53,523 nucleotides of DNA. Origin: Pelomyxa schiedti. Taxonomy: Eukaryota > Protista > Evosea. Location: the NCBI GenBank assembly GCA_020536535.1, contig JAHLWZ010000901.1:1-53523 (forward strand), read 5' to 3'. This document shows positions 10,441-21,990 of this stretch, one piece after another (positions within the stretch are counted from its first letter, which is position 1; each line of letters starts with the position of its first letter). The translations under genes were made by a program, and so were the position numbers. The notes under the pieces are model-generated. The model saw only the letters and a program-made list of their open reading frames with translations. It was not told where the DNA came from and did not search any database.

Positions 10441-11370
10441 ATGGCACTGAAATGTGGAGATCTTGTATTTTGCGTGCTTGTTGGATGTATGGCGATTATG
10501 GCGGCAGTGGAGTGTGTCAGTGTTGACGTGGGCAATATTGGGTACGTTACTGGGCCGTCCCTGTGTTGCCCTACTGCGTATTTGCAACTGACGGCAATAT
10601 CCGCTGATGAGAGAGCTTTCATTGACTCTATGGTTTGCTTTTGCTCTCTTTGTTTTTCGTGGCAATAGGTTCCTCATCCTTTTATTATGTTTGTACTTGT
10701 TATTCCGTTGGTTAAAGCTCAATATCATTTGTAGGTAGGGACTTCTGATCAACTATTTATCGAGCTTCGCTCTTGCGTCGAGCAGTTATTTTCGTAAGCT
10801 ATAATTCGCACATTACCAATCTAATTATGTGCATATAAGGAATTACTGTGCCGACTGCTCAGAGAGAGTCATTATTTCTGGAATCATTGACGCAAACATG
10901 AACAACATTCGGAGGGTTGGAGACATATGGTCCTCCTCGATTCTGGCACAAACTTCTCTTACCTGGGTTCCCTCTCTTCTGCCTGCTTGCACAATGGAGC
11001 ACTCTGCACCTCAGCTAATTGGCCGATTGAACGCATTTGTCAATTACACTCTTGTAAGTGGTTTTCAGCAATCATCCTTTTCTCCTCTCACATAGGACAG
11101 CCCCTAATAGGTAACGTTCCGGCTCTAGGGAAATCCAGCTTCACTTTAGCTGCCGACTTTGCCAACAGTACCCTCACGAAGATATGCCAAGACCCTGCCA
11201 GTGTGAACCCAGAGCTTTCACGTGAGTGCCTACAGCTTCTGGATCAGTGCAACGAACTTCGGGCTGTGTCACAGATATGGGTGTTTGGCACAATGATCAA
11301 TGACAAGAGGTTGCTGCTTGAGGAACGACTCGTGCAAGCCTCTGAAGCCATTTACGAGGCATGCCCCTAA
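10441..11370 (+). CDS. Hypothetical Cys-containing secreted protein (4 exons)
   Basis: Signal-peptide-like MALKCGDLVFCVLVGCMAIMAAVEC; GT-AG introns join the ORFs in frame to TAA at 11370. Confidence 0.65.
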
Positions 11371-11497
11371 AGCAATGAATAACTGTCAACTTTTTTCCCG
11401 TACTTTGTAGTACCTCTCATTTCCGTGTTGTTAGCATGTTGTTATTCCCACCCGAACATCTAGAATCACACCGGGCAGAGAAAGACGTTCTTTTAAC

Positions 11498-12799
11498 ATG
11501 AGCTGGCGGTTGGCCGTTGTCTGGGGGTTGTGTGCGCTTGGCCTCTGCAGTGTTTCCTCGTGCTGCGGCACGCACCCCGCGGGGGCGTGGCACAAGCTGG
11601 AGGCGGAGGTGGTCTCTGAGCTGGGCGCGGGGCGGCAGCAGCAGCCCGGCTACGTGGGGGCGCGGGCCGGGGCCCAGCTGGTTGCTGCCGCCCCCGAGTC
11701 GTACGACTTGAGGAATGTGGACGGCATAAGCTATGTGGGGCCAATACGCAGCCAGATGGTTCCCATTTACTGCGGGAGCTGGTATGCCAACTGTTAGTTG
11801 ATCCGTTCTGTTAATAGAACATATATACGTGCTGCTACTATTTTTTCGAAATTTTTTTGTTAAATTAAATTCGAATTTCAAGCTGGGCTTTTGCAGCTAC
11901 GAGCTGTATTAACGACAGGCTGAAGTTGTACAGAAAGGTGTGGAACTTGCGATTAATTTATTTGCAGATGTACTTATTGCTTTAGAACGCATTTACGGAT
12001 GTTATGTTGTCGCCTCAAGCTCTTCTGAATTGTGGGAACGCTGGAGACTGTGATGGGGGATCTTCTCTCTTGGCATTTAAGTACATGTACGAAGTAGGGA
12101 TTCCTGATGGTTGGCATATTATTACGGGGCCAAGCAACGCTAAACTGTGGTTCAGAGTCCTGTGCCCCGTATCAGGCTGCCAAATTTGTATGTGATCCAA
12201 TTTCGCAGTGCCGTTTCTGCAATGATTGGGATCAAGGATGTACTGTATGTGAATTATCTTTCAACTTGTCACTGATGCAGTTGGTACCTAGGTCATTACC
12301 AATTATCCAGTGTACAAAGTTTCGGCGTACGGCTTCTTAGAGAAAGACAAAATTTCCGACATGGAGCAGGCTATGAAAGACGGTCGTAGCGTAAATAGTA
12401 CTTCACATGAATTGACTATAAATTCCAGAGATATACAATAATGGCCCCATTGCATGTAATATGGCCACCTATCCAGAATGGGACTGGTCAGTAGCGGCAT
12501 ACTTTTTTAGTTATCAGAACTCTTTTTGCCATAGGTACACAGATGGAATTATAATGGCCCAGCCATATAACAACACAAACCACCTTGTGGCCGTTTCCGG
12601 ATGGGATACAGACCCCGATTCCGGAGTTCCATACTGGATTGGTATGATCCCCTATCCCCAGATAAATCTCTCAACTTATTTCGCAGTGAGAAACAGCTTC
12701 GGATCCTTCTGGGGTATGAACGGCTGGTTCTACATAGAACGTGGAGTGAATGCCCTTGGAATAGAATCCGGTTGTGCCTGGGCAGATCCACTAGTGTAA
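11498..12799 (+). CDS. CTSZ: Papain-family cysteine protease, cathepsin Z/X-like (7 introns)
   Basis: Signal peptide; YDLRNVDG...IRSQMVPIYCGS/CWAF (catalytic Cys, with the 3-residue insertion typical of cathepsin X), LSPQALLNCG, GPIAC, NHLVAVSGW (His), YWI/VRNSFGSFWG (Asn), LGIESGC. Confidence 0.93.
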
Positions 12800-12999
12800 A
12801 TGGGCATTGCAGCCCAACAGATTCCAGATTTCACCGAGAATTTTCCAGCGATTCAGAAATTTTGGTGTTTGGTGGTGCTGTGCACTTCGACACAAAAACG
12901 TCGTTGGGTGTTGTAAACACAAACGAGTGCCTTGATTTTTTTGGCTTTCAGTTGGGCGACAGAACCAGCACTCTGAGAGAAACTAGTTGGTAGGAGGAA

Positions 13000-14455
13000 A
13001 TGAGTAACGTGATCAGCGAGATCAAGAGGATCAGTGCACGGGAGATGGGGATGAACGTGGCGGGCACGGCGGCGTCGTGGCACGAGGGGTACAAAAACTC
13101 GGCTTACATTTACGTTGGTGGCATTTCATTTGATCTGAATGAGGGTGACCTTGTCACTGTATTCTCTCAGTATGGACAGGGTGTGCATGTGGTTTTGCTT
13201 TTTTTTTTGTTGTTCATGTAAAATTTTTTTTTTTTTTTTTTTTTTTTGTTTTGTTTTGTTTACAATATCTCGCAACATGTTATTATTCTGAAGTTGTGGC
13301 GGTATTTCTGTGCCGATTTGGGAATAACAGTCTCATGTTCACTCTCTTTTGAATAGTTACGGACTGCAACTTGATGCGGGACAAGGTGACTGGCAAGTCG
13401 AGAGGGTTTGCCTTCATCAAGTATGCTGACACACGTAGTACTGTACTTGCTGTAGATAATTTCAATGGCATCAAACTGTTAGGTCGACAGCTAAGGCATG
13501 CCGTCTCCCCGCTTTTGGCTATCCCTAAATATCCTCTTATAATTTTTTTTATAGAGTAGACCATGTTAAAAAGTACAAGCGTAAAGAGGAAGACCCAAAT
13601 AAAAGTGATGAAGATAAGAAAGAATCTGACACCGAGGTTTGGGGTCATGACAAACACCCAACAGATGCAACTGAACTGGATTCTGCAATCAAAGAGAAAA
13701 AGAAGCTTGACAAAATGGAGAGAAAAAGGCTGAAAAAAGAAAAAAAAAAAGAAAAACACAAACGCAGAACGGAAGGAGAAACAACAATCCAGAGGATCCA
13801 ACGCAGATTAGCAAAGTGTGATGCTATAGACAAAAAAACTGATCTCACAGAGGAAGAGCAGCATTATAACCTTCTAAAACGCATCCACTTGGAGAAGCTT
13901 CTCAAAAAAGAGACAAGGAAGCAGAAGTTGGCCGCAGAACAGACTTCAACAGCCACCGCTCTTGAACCACCAACAGCTACAACAACAACAACTACATCAA
14001 CAACCACAACATCCACTTCTGGAGCCGCAGCAGCACCTTCCACTTCCCGAAGAAATGATGCGGAAGTACAATCACGAAGTGGGAAGGAGACAGGACCCAC
14101 AGCACGTGCTGAAAGTGATTCAGGCAGAAAAGACAAGGAGACCACCTCCAATGGCAAAGGAGAAAGGGATAGAGGTAGAGACCGAGATAGGGACAGGGAC
14201 AGGGATAGGGAAAGCGACAGAAGCAGAGATAGAGATAGAGATAGGAGCAGGGAGAGGGATAGAGATAAAGAAAGAGACAGAGACCGATACAGGGAAAGAG
14301 AAAGAGACCGAGACAGAGGGCAAAGAGACAGGGACAGGGACAGAGATAGACGTCGAGGGCATGACAGTGATGAAGAAAGAGGCACTGACAGAAAGCGGTC
14401 GGGCTCTGCAAGTGGTTTGGACAATGACCCAAAAAGACCAAGGAACTCCCACTAG
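13000..14455 (+). CDS. RBMX2: RES-complex RRM protein RBMX2/Snu17/Ist3 with an RD/RE-rich tail
   Basis: [17 protein letters not shown]...[12 protein letters not shown]/...[16 protein letters not shown]...[25 protein letters not shown]; introns 13181-13356 (GT-AG) and 13496-13554 (GC-AG). Confidence 0.95.
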
Positions 14456-14516
14456 TCTTCGTGTTTACTTGTGCAAAGATAAATTCACAATAAATAAACA
14501 CTGGATTTTAGTTCTT

Positions 14517-17171
14517 TCAGTCCTTATACAAGTTTTCTATGAGCTGTGCGTATCTGGCGGAAATGGCGGCCCTCTTGAGTTTCAGGGCAGAAGTGACCAA
14601 ACCAGTCTCTGGTGTCCACTCGTCACCTATAATAGCAACACGCGCAACTCGTTGATTGCGGGGAATCTGTTTGCGGGGTTAGTTTCTTTTGTGGGCAATC
14701 ATCAGTATTAATACGTGGGTTTCCTCGGCAGTGTGCTCGAGGGACTCCATCACTGCTTTATTTAATGCAGGATTCTGACATGCCTTGGCAAACTCCTCGG
14801 GGTCCTGGGTTTTGGTCAAACAAAAAAAAATGATGGAAAAAATGGATTCCAACTGGGAACTTCTTCTTGTAGAAACTTTCCACGCGAGTCTTTGCTGGAA
14901 GGATTAGAGCTACAGCGTAGTCTCGAGTGCTATCAGCGCACAGACAAATGTTCTCCACAAAGGAGCTTCGTGAGTAACTGCATTCTAGTTTCTCCAATCT
15001 TATTGTGTCTCAGCTGTTGACTGAAAAGCAAACACATACGGAAGGTATTCACCATGAGCAAGCTTGACTACGTTCTTCTTTCTGTCTATAATTTCTAGGC
15101 AACCATCAGGGTGGATCTAAGTGCCAAATCAGAACAGGCAAAGAAATTGACGCGTACCCTGCCAATGTCACCAGTACACAGATAACCATCACTTGAAAAA
15201 ACTTCAGCACTGTGTTACATAAGTCTAACCACGGAGTTAAAGGCATAAATACGTTTCAGCAGGAAGCTTGAAGTATCCGCGAGCAATCTGATTTCCCCGC
15301 ACACATACTTCACCAGCTGGGTAAGGCTTTGACTTGCTTGTATAGTCCAGTTCGGGTACATCTTTCAGTTTGATATCTACCCCGATTTAGGATAATAATT
15401 GTTCTATTTTCTTTAATAAATGCAGGGATGGTTTTCACACCACAACTGCAAACGGGGGCACCACATCTCCCAAAGGTGCAGTCATCCAAATCCGACATAG
15501 TTATCACAGATGCAGTTTCAGTCATACCGTAACCTCCAAGACAAGGGCAGGAAAAGCATGCAGTAAAGAAGCGCTGTGTATTTCTTGACAGAGGGGCTCC
15601 CCCTGTAACGAGGAGGCGTAGTCTTCCACCAAGGGAGGCTTGTATCTTGCGGAATATAATTTTATCCAACAGCCCACATAAAATCTTAGCAAGAAAAGTG
15701 TATCTGAGACGTCCTGGCAACTCTTAGTAAGATAAAATTTCATTGATATGTACCAACAAGTCTCATTTTAAGAGTAATCCCAACATGGAACAGAACTCTG
15801 ACTGGAAAGCTTTGCCGTCGAATTTTTGCATATAACCCCTTTCGAATCTTCTCATAGACAGCAGGAACTGCACAAATAACAGTAGGACGCAGCTCTGCAA
15901 TATCACCTAGACAGTTGACAACGAATTCATCAGTAAGAGTACGACGATTCTACAGTATGTCAGAATAAAGCAAGTACACATTCGACCTACAGCAAAGCCA
16001 ATTTTTGAGTTGTGGCCTATCTGAATAAACTCTGAAAGGATTTCAAAGATATGGGCACTTGGAAGGAAGGCCAAGTAAGTTTCGTCAGGAAAGTCTCCAA
16101 TTTTTGCGCAATGGTGTGTAGCAGTCCCTCCAGATAGGACGTTCGCGTGTGTAAGTACAACGCCTTTTGGTACTCCTGTTGTTCCGGATGTGTACCTAGG
16201 AGGGCTAAGTTTAGATACTTCCACTCTCCACACACATTACAATGCAGTCGTCATCAGCTTTTGGAGGTACATGTTCTACTGGATGTTGCTGTCCAAGAAT
16301 TTCGAGGTCAGCGTAGGTAATAAGTCTAACACCCTTTGAGACGAGTTGGTCAACATGTGTTTGATCTGCATCTCCCTTGTAGATTATTGTGTGAATATTA
16401 TGCCCTGGTCTATCAAGTAGTTTCAGCAACTAGATTCGGTCATTGAGCAACCAAGTATCGAAGAACGCTACCGTGGGAAGTAGATCGTGGCTGGTAAATA
16501 AAACTTCCAGTTGAGTTTGACTGAAGGCATGCGCAATTCCATCAAGGCCAATATTGGCATACACTGTAGTGCCGACCATGGATTGAGCAAAAACTGCATT
16601 TAAGAGCATGGACCACTCAACACATGTATCACAGTAGAAGCCAACAAAGTTCCCTGGCTGTAGGCCAAGAGCCCTCAACCCTGATGCAAGGGCAGTAACC
16701 CTAACAGATACTTGTTTGAAAGTCAACCACTTGTACGGGCTTAAAGTGTATTTCTCTAAGGTCCGACCGTCAATGGTCTGTGAAGTGACTGTCAAAAAAA
16801 AAAAAAAAAACCACATGGGACGAGACCGTTGGAATGGTCGCTAGTACGGAACGATAGCCAAAAAGGGGTCTATCGGGGTTTTCTGCAACCTGTCTCCAAA
16901 ACATATCGTACAAACTCACTGACCCGTCATCAGATTTTGGGCACAACGGTCTCTTTTCCTAGATGTAACAACACAATTAAGCAAATAACTTCCACAGAAA
17001 TGGACATACCAAGGGACCATAAGAACGACAAAGTACGTGGGAACAACATCTGAGGTCTCCATTTTCTATTCTAACGCCTCTCTGGGGTTTCTTTGCCAAC
17101 AGTGCTTTAAGGTAGTCCACTAGTAGTACGAGCCCCGAAAAAGCGACACCCCACAACCACCAGCTCGCCAT
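14517..17171 (-). CDS. Long-chain fatty acyl-CoA synthetase (ACSL/LACS) with an N-terminal membrane anchor
   Basis: [75 protein letters not shown]; traced through GT-AG introns to TGA at 14517. Confidence 0.95.
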
Positions 17172-17504
17172 GGTACCACTTAATACTGCTAAATAAACAA
17201 AAAAAAAGATCTTGTTTGGGAAATTTCCTTCTTACCTTGACAAAACTCAACGGCTCCGTCTTCCAAGAACATTCTTAAATTGTACTTTTGTCCTCAACTG
17301 GCATTCGCGTAACTTCGTGCCTTTTCACCCCCCCTACCAAGTTGACCCACAATTTCCTCCGCCGCATTCGGGGTGCGGAGATGACGAGCCCAACTTGGCA
17401 TGTACGCCGATGATTTGTTCATCCACAACATCAAAGCGCGATTGTGTTGTGGACAATCAACTGCGCTGTACCCTTTGCACAAAAAACCCATAATCCATCT
17501 CGCA

Positions 17505-19209
17505 ATGTCTGCCACGCCGCCTTGCTCGGGACTGGGACTGCACAGATCTGGCAGTGGTGCATGGACGCCGTGCCAGCCTTCTAAATCTCCGGCAATCATC
17601 GTGTCTTGCGTAATTGTGGGTGCCACAAATCTAGTGCAGCGTGACGATTGCAACGATCCAATCGTTGTTTATAGGGTTTTTCCTGGGTTTTTTTGGTTTT
17701 GAAACATACACAAAAAGTAAAATAACTAAAGGTGGAATCAAGGGAAGAAGCCCAAACACCAGTCCAACATAATACATGTGACCCAACTTGGAATTACTCG
17801 TTTTCAATACAGTGTAGAAGAAACCAAACGCTATCATTCTCGGTACTATTTTATTTCTTCTTTTCGTTTCTAACTTTGGTAAGGTGTGGGATTACAATGA
17901 AACCACGGCAGATAATTTTCTGGGAGCAACAGCTGTACTTCACCGTATCTTCATTATGATTACTAATCAAGAAATAGTTTTCTTTGCAAGAGGTTTCCGC
18001 TGCTCCAACATCACATGCACTTTCCCTTAGCGGAGTTGAGAAAGGAGTTCTTAACATTATCATTTCTTGTTCTGAACCGTAGTCTTCTTCACAATCTTGG
18101 AAACCGCCACTAAAATAATGCCCTTAGCGTTAGCAACTCCTTTGCTACTGCCACCTCGCCAATGGCACCTAAGCATAATAAGCCTCTGTCAACATCCTCA
18201 GCCAAGATCGATGTTGTGCCACAGACTGAGCGGTCACACTCCGAAGTTCCTCCGCAACCACCTTTACAAACAATAGAGGCGTGCACTTCCGCAATGTATC
18301 AGCCCTATCCAGCTCAGCCTAGCTACCAGTCCTACCCCCCTTCTCAACAGCCAGGCCAGCTGGAATATCCCGGGTCCGAGCCTCCGGCTCTCAGCCCCAT
18401 TCCTTATCCTACACCAGGATATACAATGTACCAACAACCAGGTCAACTGATGACAACTTTACCTGGATCGCCTAGTTTAGTCCCAACACCTGTTGTTCCT
18501 ACAATATCACCAATCCAAAAGATTATCCCAAATCCTTTGGTTAGTTGCTCATCCACTTCTACATTTTAATATGGTTACTAGAGAGAGCCTGTTGAAATAC
18601 TTTGGTGCATGGGCTTCATTATGACATCAGGTTCAGAAAAAAAATTCTTTTCACTGGATAAAAGTATGCAAACCCCCGCTTCAGGTATCTTCCATTTTAA
18701 CAAGTGACAGAAAACAAACTGTACAAGTCTGTCAACCACATAATGGCTCTAAAGCCCCGGTTTGAAATTGTTGATTGCACTACAAAGGAGAAAATATTAA
18801 ATGGCGTTTATGTATGCATGCAAGCAGGCTTATCCTCCAATTTTCACAATTTCTAGTCTGACTCTGGTTCCAAGCCGAAATTTATTCTTATGAAAGGGGA
18901 TAAGGAGATAGGACAAGTAGCCAGGGGAAGGAAGATCAAATGTGCAGGGGAAAAAATCGAAATGAAAGGGGAGCTACTTGATCTTAATTCTCACTGTGAG
19001 AAATTCTATCCATTCAAACATGCCACTAAACCCTATCCTCAGTCGAATTCAAGGACACCAAGCAAATCGTTGTTTCTTTGAGGAGGGAGAAGAGGTACTC
19101 CCTGGACTCCCATGTGACCATCCCAGTTGGCTCTGATATTGCACTTGCTCTCGGCATCATTAATGCCATTTCAATATCCGAGATCACAGGAAACAATCGT
19201 AGGGTTTAA
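17505..19209 (+). CDS. C2 domain + Pro/Gln/Tyr-rich linker + Tubby-C/LURP1 (scramblase-fold)-like protein
   Basis: C2: IVGATNLVQRDDCNDPIV/...QTPVQHNTCDPTWNYSFSI...LSFS/VWDYNETTADNFLG. C-terminus KGDKEIGQV...IEMKGELLDL...VTIPVGSDIALALGIINAI resembles LURP1/Tubby C2. Confidence 0.72.
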
Positions 19210-19346
19210 CTACACCAACACCGGCAATCAGGATGTTTCCGAGAAGAAGTTAAAACAAAAACCACAAAAAAGTCAGGTTTAATGGACCAACGGACATGGT
19301 CACAGGTTTTGGAGTATGTGTTTTTCTTTTGATACTTTGGCACACG

Positions 19347-20483
19347 ATGGTAACAGACTCGGGTGTTGCCCTCAGATTCTGTGATGTGGGTACACTATTG
19401 AGGCTGATGCACGTGAACAGAGCACTCCGAGCAGCAGTGCTCAGCAACCCCTGGACCACCTTGTTTCGTATTGCCAACACATTGGCACAGCAGACCAGTT
19501 CTGATACCGGTTCAACTGCTACTTCTACTTCTGCTTCTGCTTCGGCTTCATCTTCAGATTCTGTTGGTGAGGGTGACGAGGAGGGCGAGAACGGCGGGAG
19601 CCGAGCTTGTGCCGAATTGGTGGGTATTTGGAAGTCCGGGGGTTCTGTGAATGTCCCTGGATCCGACCACTTTTTCAGTGCTTGCTTGTACTGCAAGGTA
19701 TGTATGTACTAAATATGGCTGCGTGAATTTGTACGAGCTTAATGGTGATTTTATAAAATATTTGAATTCCGCAGTACTGTACAGTCTAAATGCATAATAT
19801 GCGGCTTGGGGACCAAGTGGCTGGAGAGTTTGAGGAAGCCGTTGGCATTTACGGTTCCACTGCACATGGCGTCTGTTCTCCACGATTACATGCATACTCG
19901 GAATCTCCCATCGTCACCTGGCTGCTGCTCCCGCCTGCGGTGGTTTCTGTTTCATACTAGTTTTACAGGGGAAGAACGCAGCCAGTCAAAAATCGACCCT
20001 TCTAACATTCGTATGGGATGGAAACATGGCGTCGTAGCAACTTTCTTGCTGCCAACAGATATCCCTCTGATAATATCCTGTAAAACTCATTGGAATGGGT
20101 TAGCCTTGTTTTTCTCCAGATTTATAATAAATGAGAGTTTGGAAGAAACCTGAAACTAAACACACCACATCATTCAACAGTGTTGAAAAAACAACTAACC
20201 CAAGTATTATAGATCCAGCAATCCCCCAAGACACCGCACTACCTTCAAGTTTGGCAATCCAGTTGTGCTGAAAACAACAACCGAAGAATCACTCTTTATA
20301 GCATCAGATATTTTCACTGAGCAACCTACAGACAGGCCAAAGCTGGATAAATTTGCTGCAGTGCTTTCTATAGACACCAACCACTTCCGTATGGCTCTTG
20401 ACTTGTTGTTGCAAAGCACATCAAGAATTGCTAGACAAAATGCCTACGAGAAAAGGAAGAATGGGAGGAGGACAGACGAATAA
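19347..20483 (+). CDS. Hypothetical protein with an F-box-like N-terminus
   Basis: VALRFCDVGTLLRLMHVNRALR resembles F-box (I..FL....L..L..VCK.W); downstream exon-like ORFs end at TAA 20483. Confidence 0.5.
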
Positions 20484-20530
20484 AAAAAAAGATTCAAAAA
20501 AGTTTGTTTCTTTGGGAGAGTGCTTCTGCT

Positions 20531-21823
20531 TTAGAAGATAACACCAGGCCGCTCTAACATGGCATTTTTTGATGCACATATTTGTGCATGCTGGATTGCT
20601 GCTTGCATTGCAGCAGTTTTTTCGGCTGGCGTGGAGAGGTGGAGCCAGTTTTGCTGGTGAAGGGTATATGCAAGCCCAGCGGTGAATACATCACCACAAC
20701 CAATAGTGTTTACAGGTTTCACTGGAATAGCAGTTACTAAGGTTGGTGCCTTTGGGTGCAGCATACCAAGAGTAGGTACAGCTTCGTGAATCACACCGTC
20801 AGTATCTATCCACAGTGTTGGCAAATGGCCATGAGTTACAATGGATGTGATTCCTTTCTCTCGGAGGAGACGCAACATCTCTCTGTAATAATTAATACTT
20901 GGGATAACTACGAATGCTACTTCTCGATGTCTTTTTGTAACAATGGATCGGCAGATGCTTCTGAGCCAGGCTTCCGACCACAGAAAGTTTCTGCAAATTC
21001 AGAAAAATTGGGTTTGATGATGTCAGGCCTGTGATCGATAGAGTTTACAAGATCTGCACCCCTTTATTTATATAAGTAAAACGGATAATAAAAAAAGAGA
21101 AGCAAGCCTGTAATCGATGATAACAAGTGCACCACTGGCTTTAGCCTCTTTAACAAGATTGGGGAAGAACTGAGGCGAAAAGCCGGGAGCCTTAGACCCT
21201 GAAATGACAACCTGAAAAGATGGAGATTGAGACACATAACACCCGAATACTGCATACTGTGTGACACGACGGTAGCAATCGAGTGAACATTTCTCTCAAG
21301 GCAGTCTCCGTTGAAGGGCTGATCACTCTTCCCTCCTCAACAACCTCAGTTGTGGAAGGGGGACTTTCACCAAGAAGGGTGTAGCAAGTCCGGATATCCG
21401 CTTCTGTTTCAGCATAACGTACATCAATGTGGTCCTTTTATGGTCACTCCACTTCAAAGGGTACTGAAAACATATAGGAAGTCGGACATACAGCTCTAGC
21501 AAGGGAGAGGAACAATTCTCTGGAATCACCACCGGCTTGGCACAGGTGCAAAACCGGGGCACCCAACTGAGCCAGTACTCTGCTCACATTGATTCCCTTC
21601 CCTGTACGAAAATACCGTCATCAAACCAACGCAGCCACAAACAGGCGTGAAAGCGAAGTGAAGAAGTGAAGTGAAGCCACCAACCAGACGCGTCGAGCCT
21701 GTGTCGTGTCGCCCTGTTCACTTCGCCAAGAGTCACAGTGGGCAGCGTGAGGGTCCTCTGCAATGTGGGGTTCACACACACAGTCAAGAAGTTGCTCGGA
21801 TCTTCTCTACTACCGGTGGCCAT
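20531..21823 (-). CDS. PfkB-family sugar kinase, 1-phosphofructokinase/tagatose-6-phosphate kinase (FruK/LacC) type
   Basis: FLTVCVNPTLQRTL...LGEVNRA...ASG/KGINVSRVLAQLG, ISGSKAPG, PDIIKPNFSEF, VNTIGCGDVFTAG (PfkB signature 2); contains introns, including a GC-AG intron at 21062-21107. Confidence 0.9.
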
Positions 21824-21990
21824 GTGGGGTGGTGGGTTTTTTGGTTTTGTTTGACGAAAGAACGCGGAAAAACCGAGTTGCCAAACGGCCAGGGGAATTC
21901 TGTAAAAATCAAAAAGCGGTTTGACGGTCCATCAAACCGAAAAAAATCACAGAAAGGAAGAAAAGGAAAAAAAAAACAACCGTTGACAGG

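Noticed and set aside
13864-14711. Long antisense and alternate-frame ORFs over the RBMX2 tail
   Set aside because: Shadows of the low-complexity RD/RE repeat.
17294-18063. Minus-strand membrane-protein-like ORFs
   Set aside because: The plus strand encodes a clear spliced C2 domain over the same interval.
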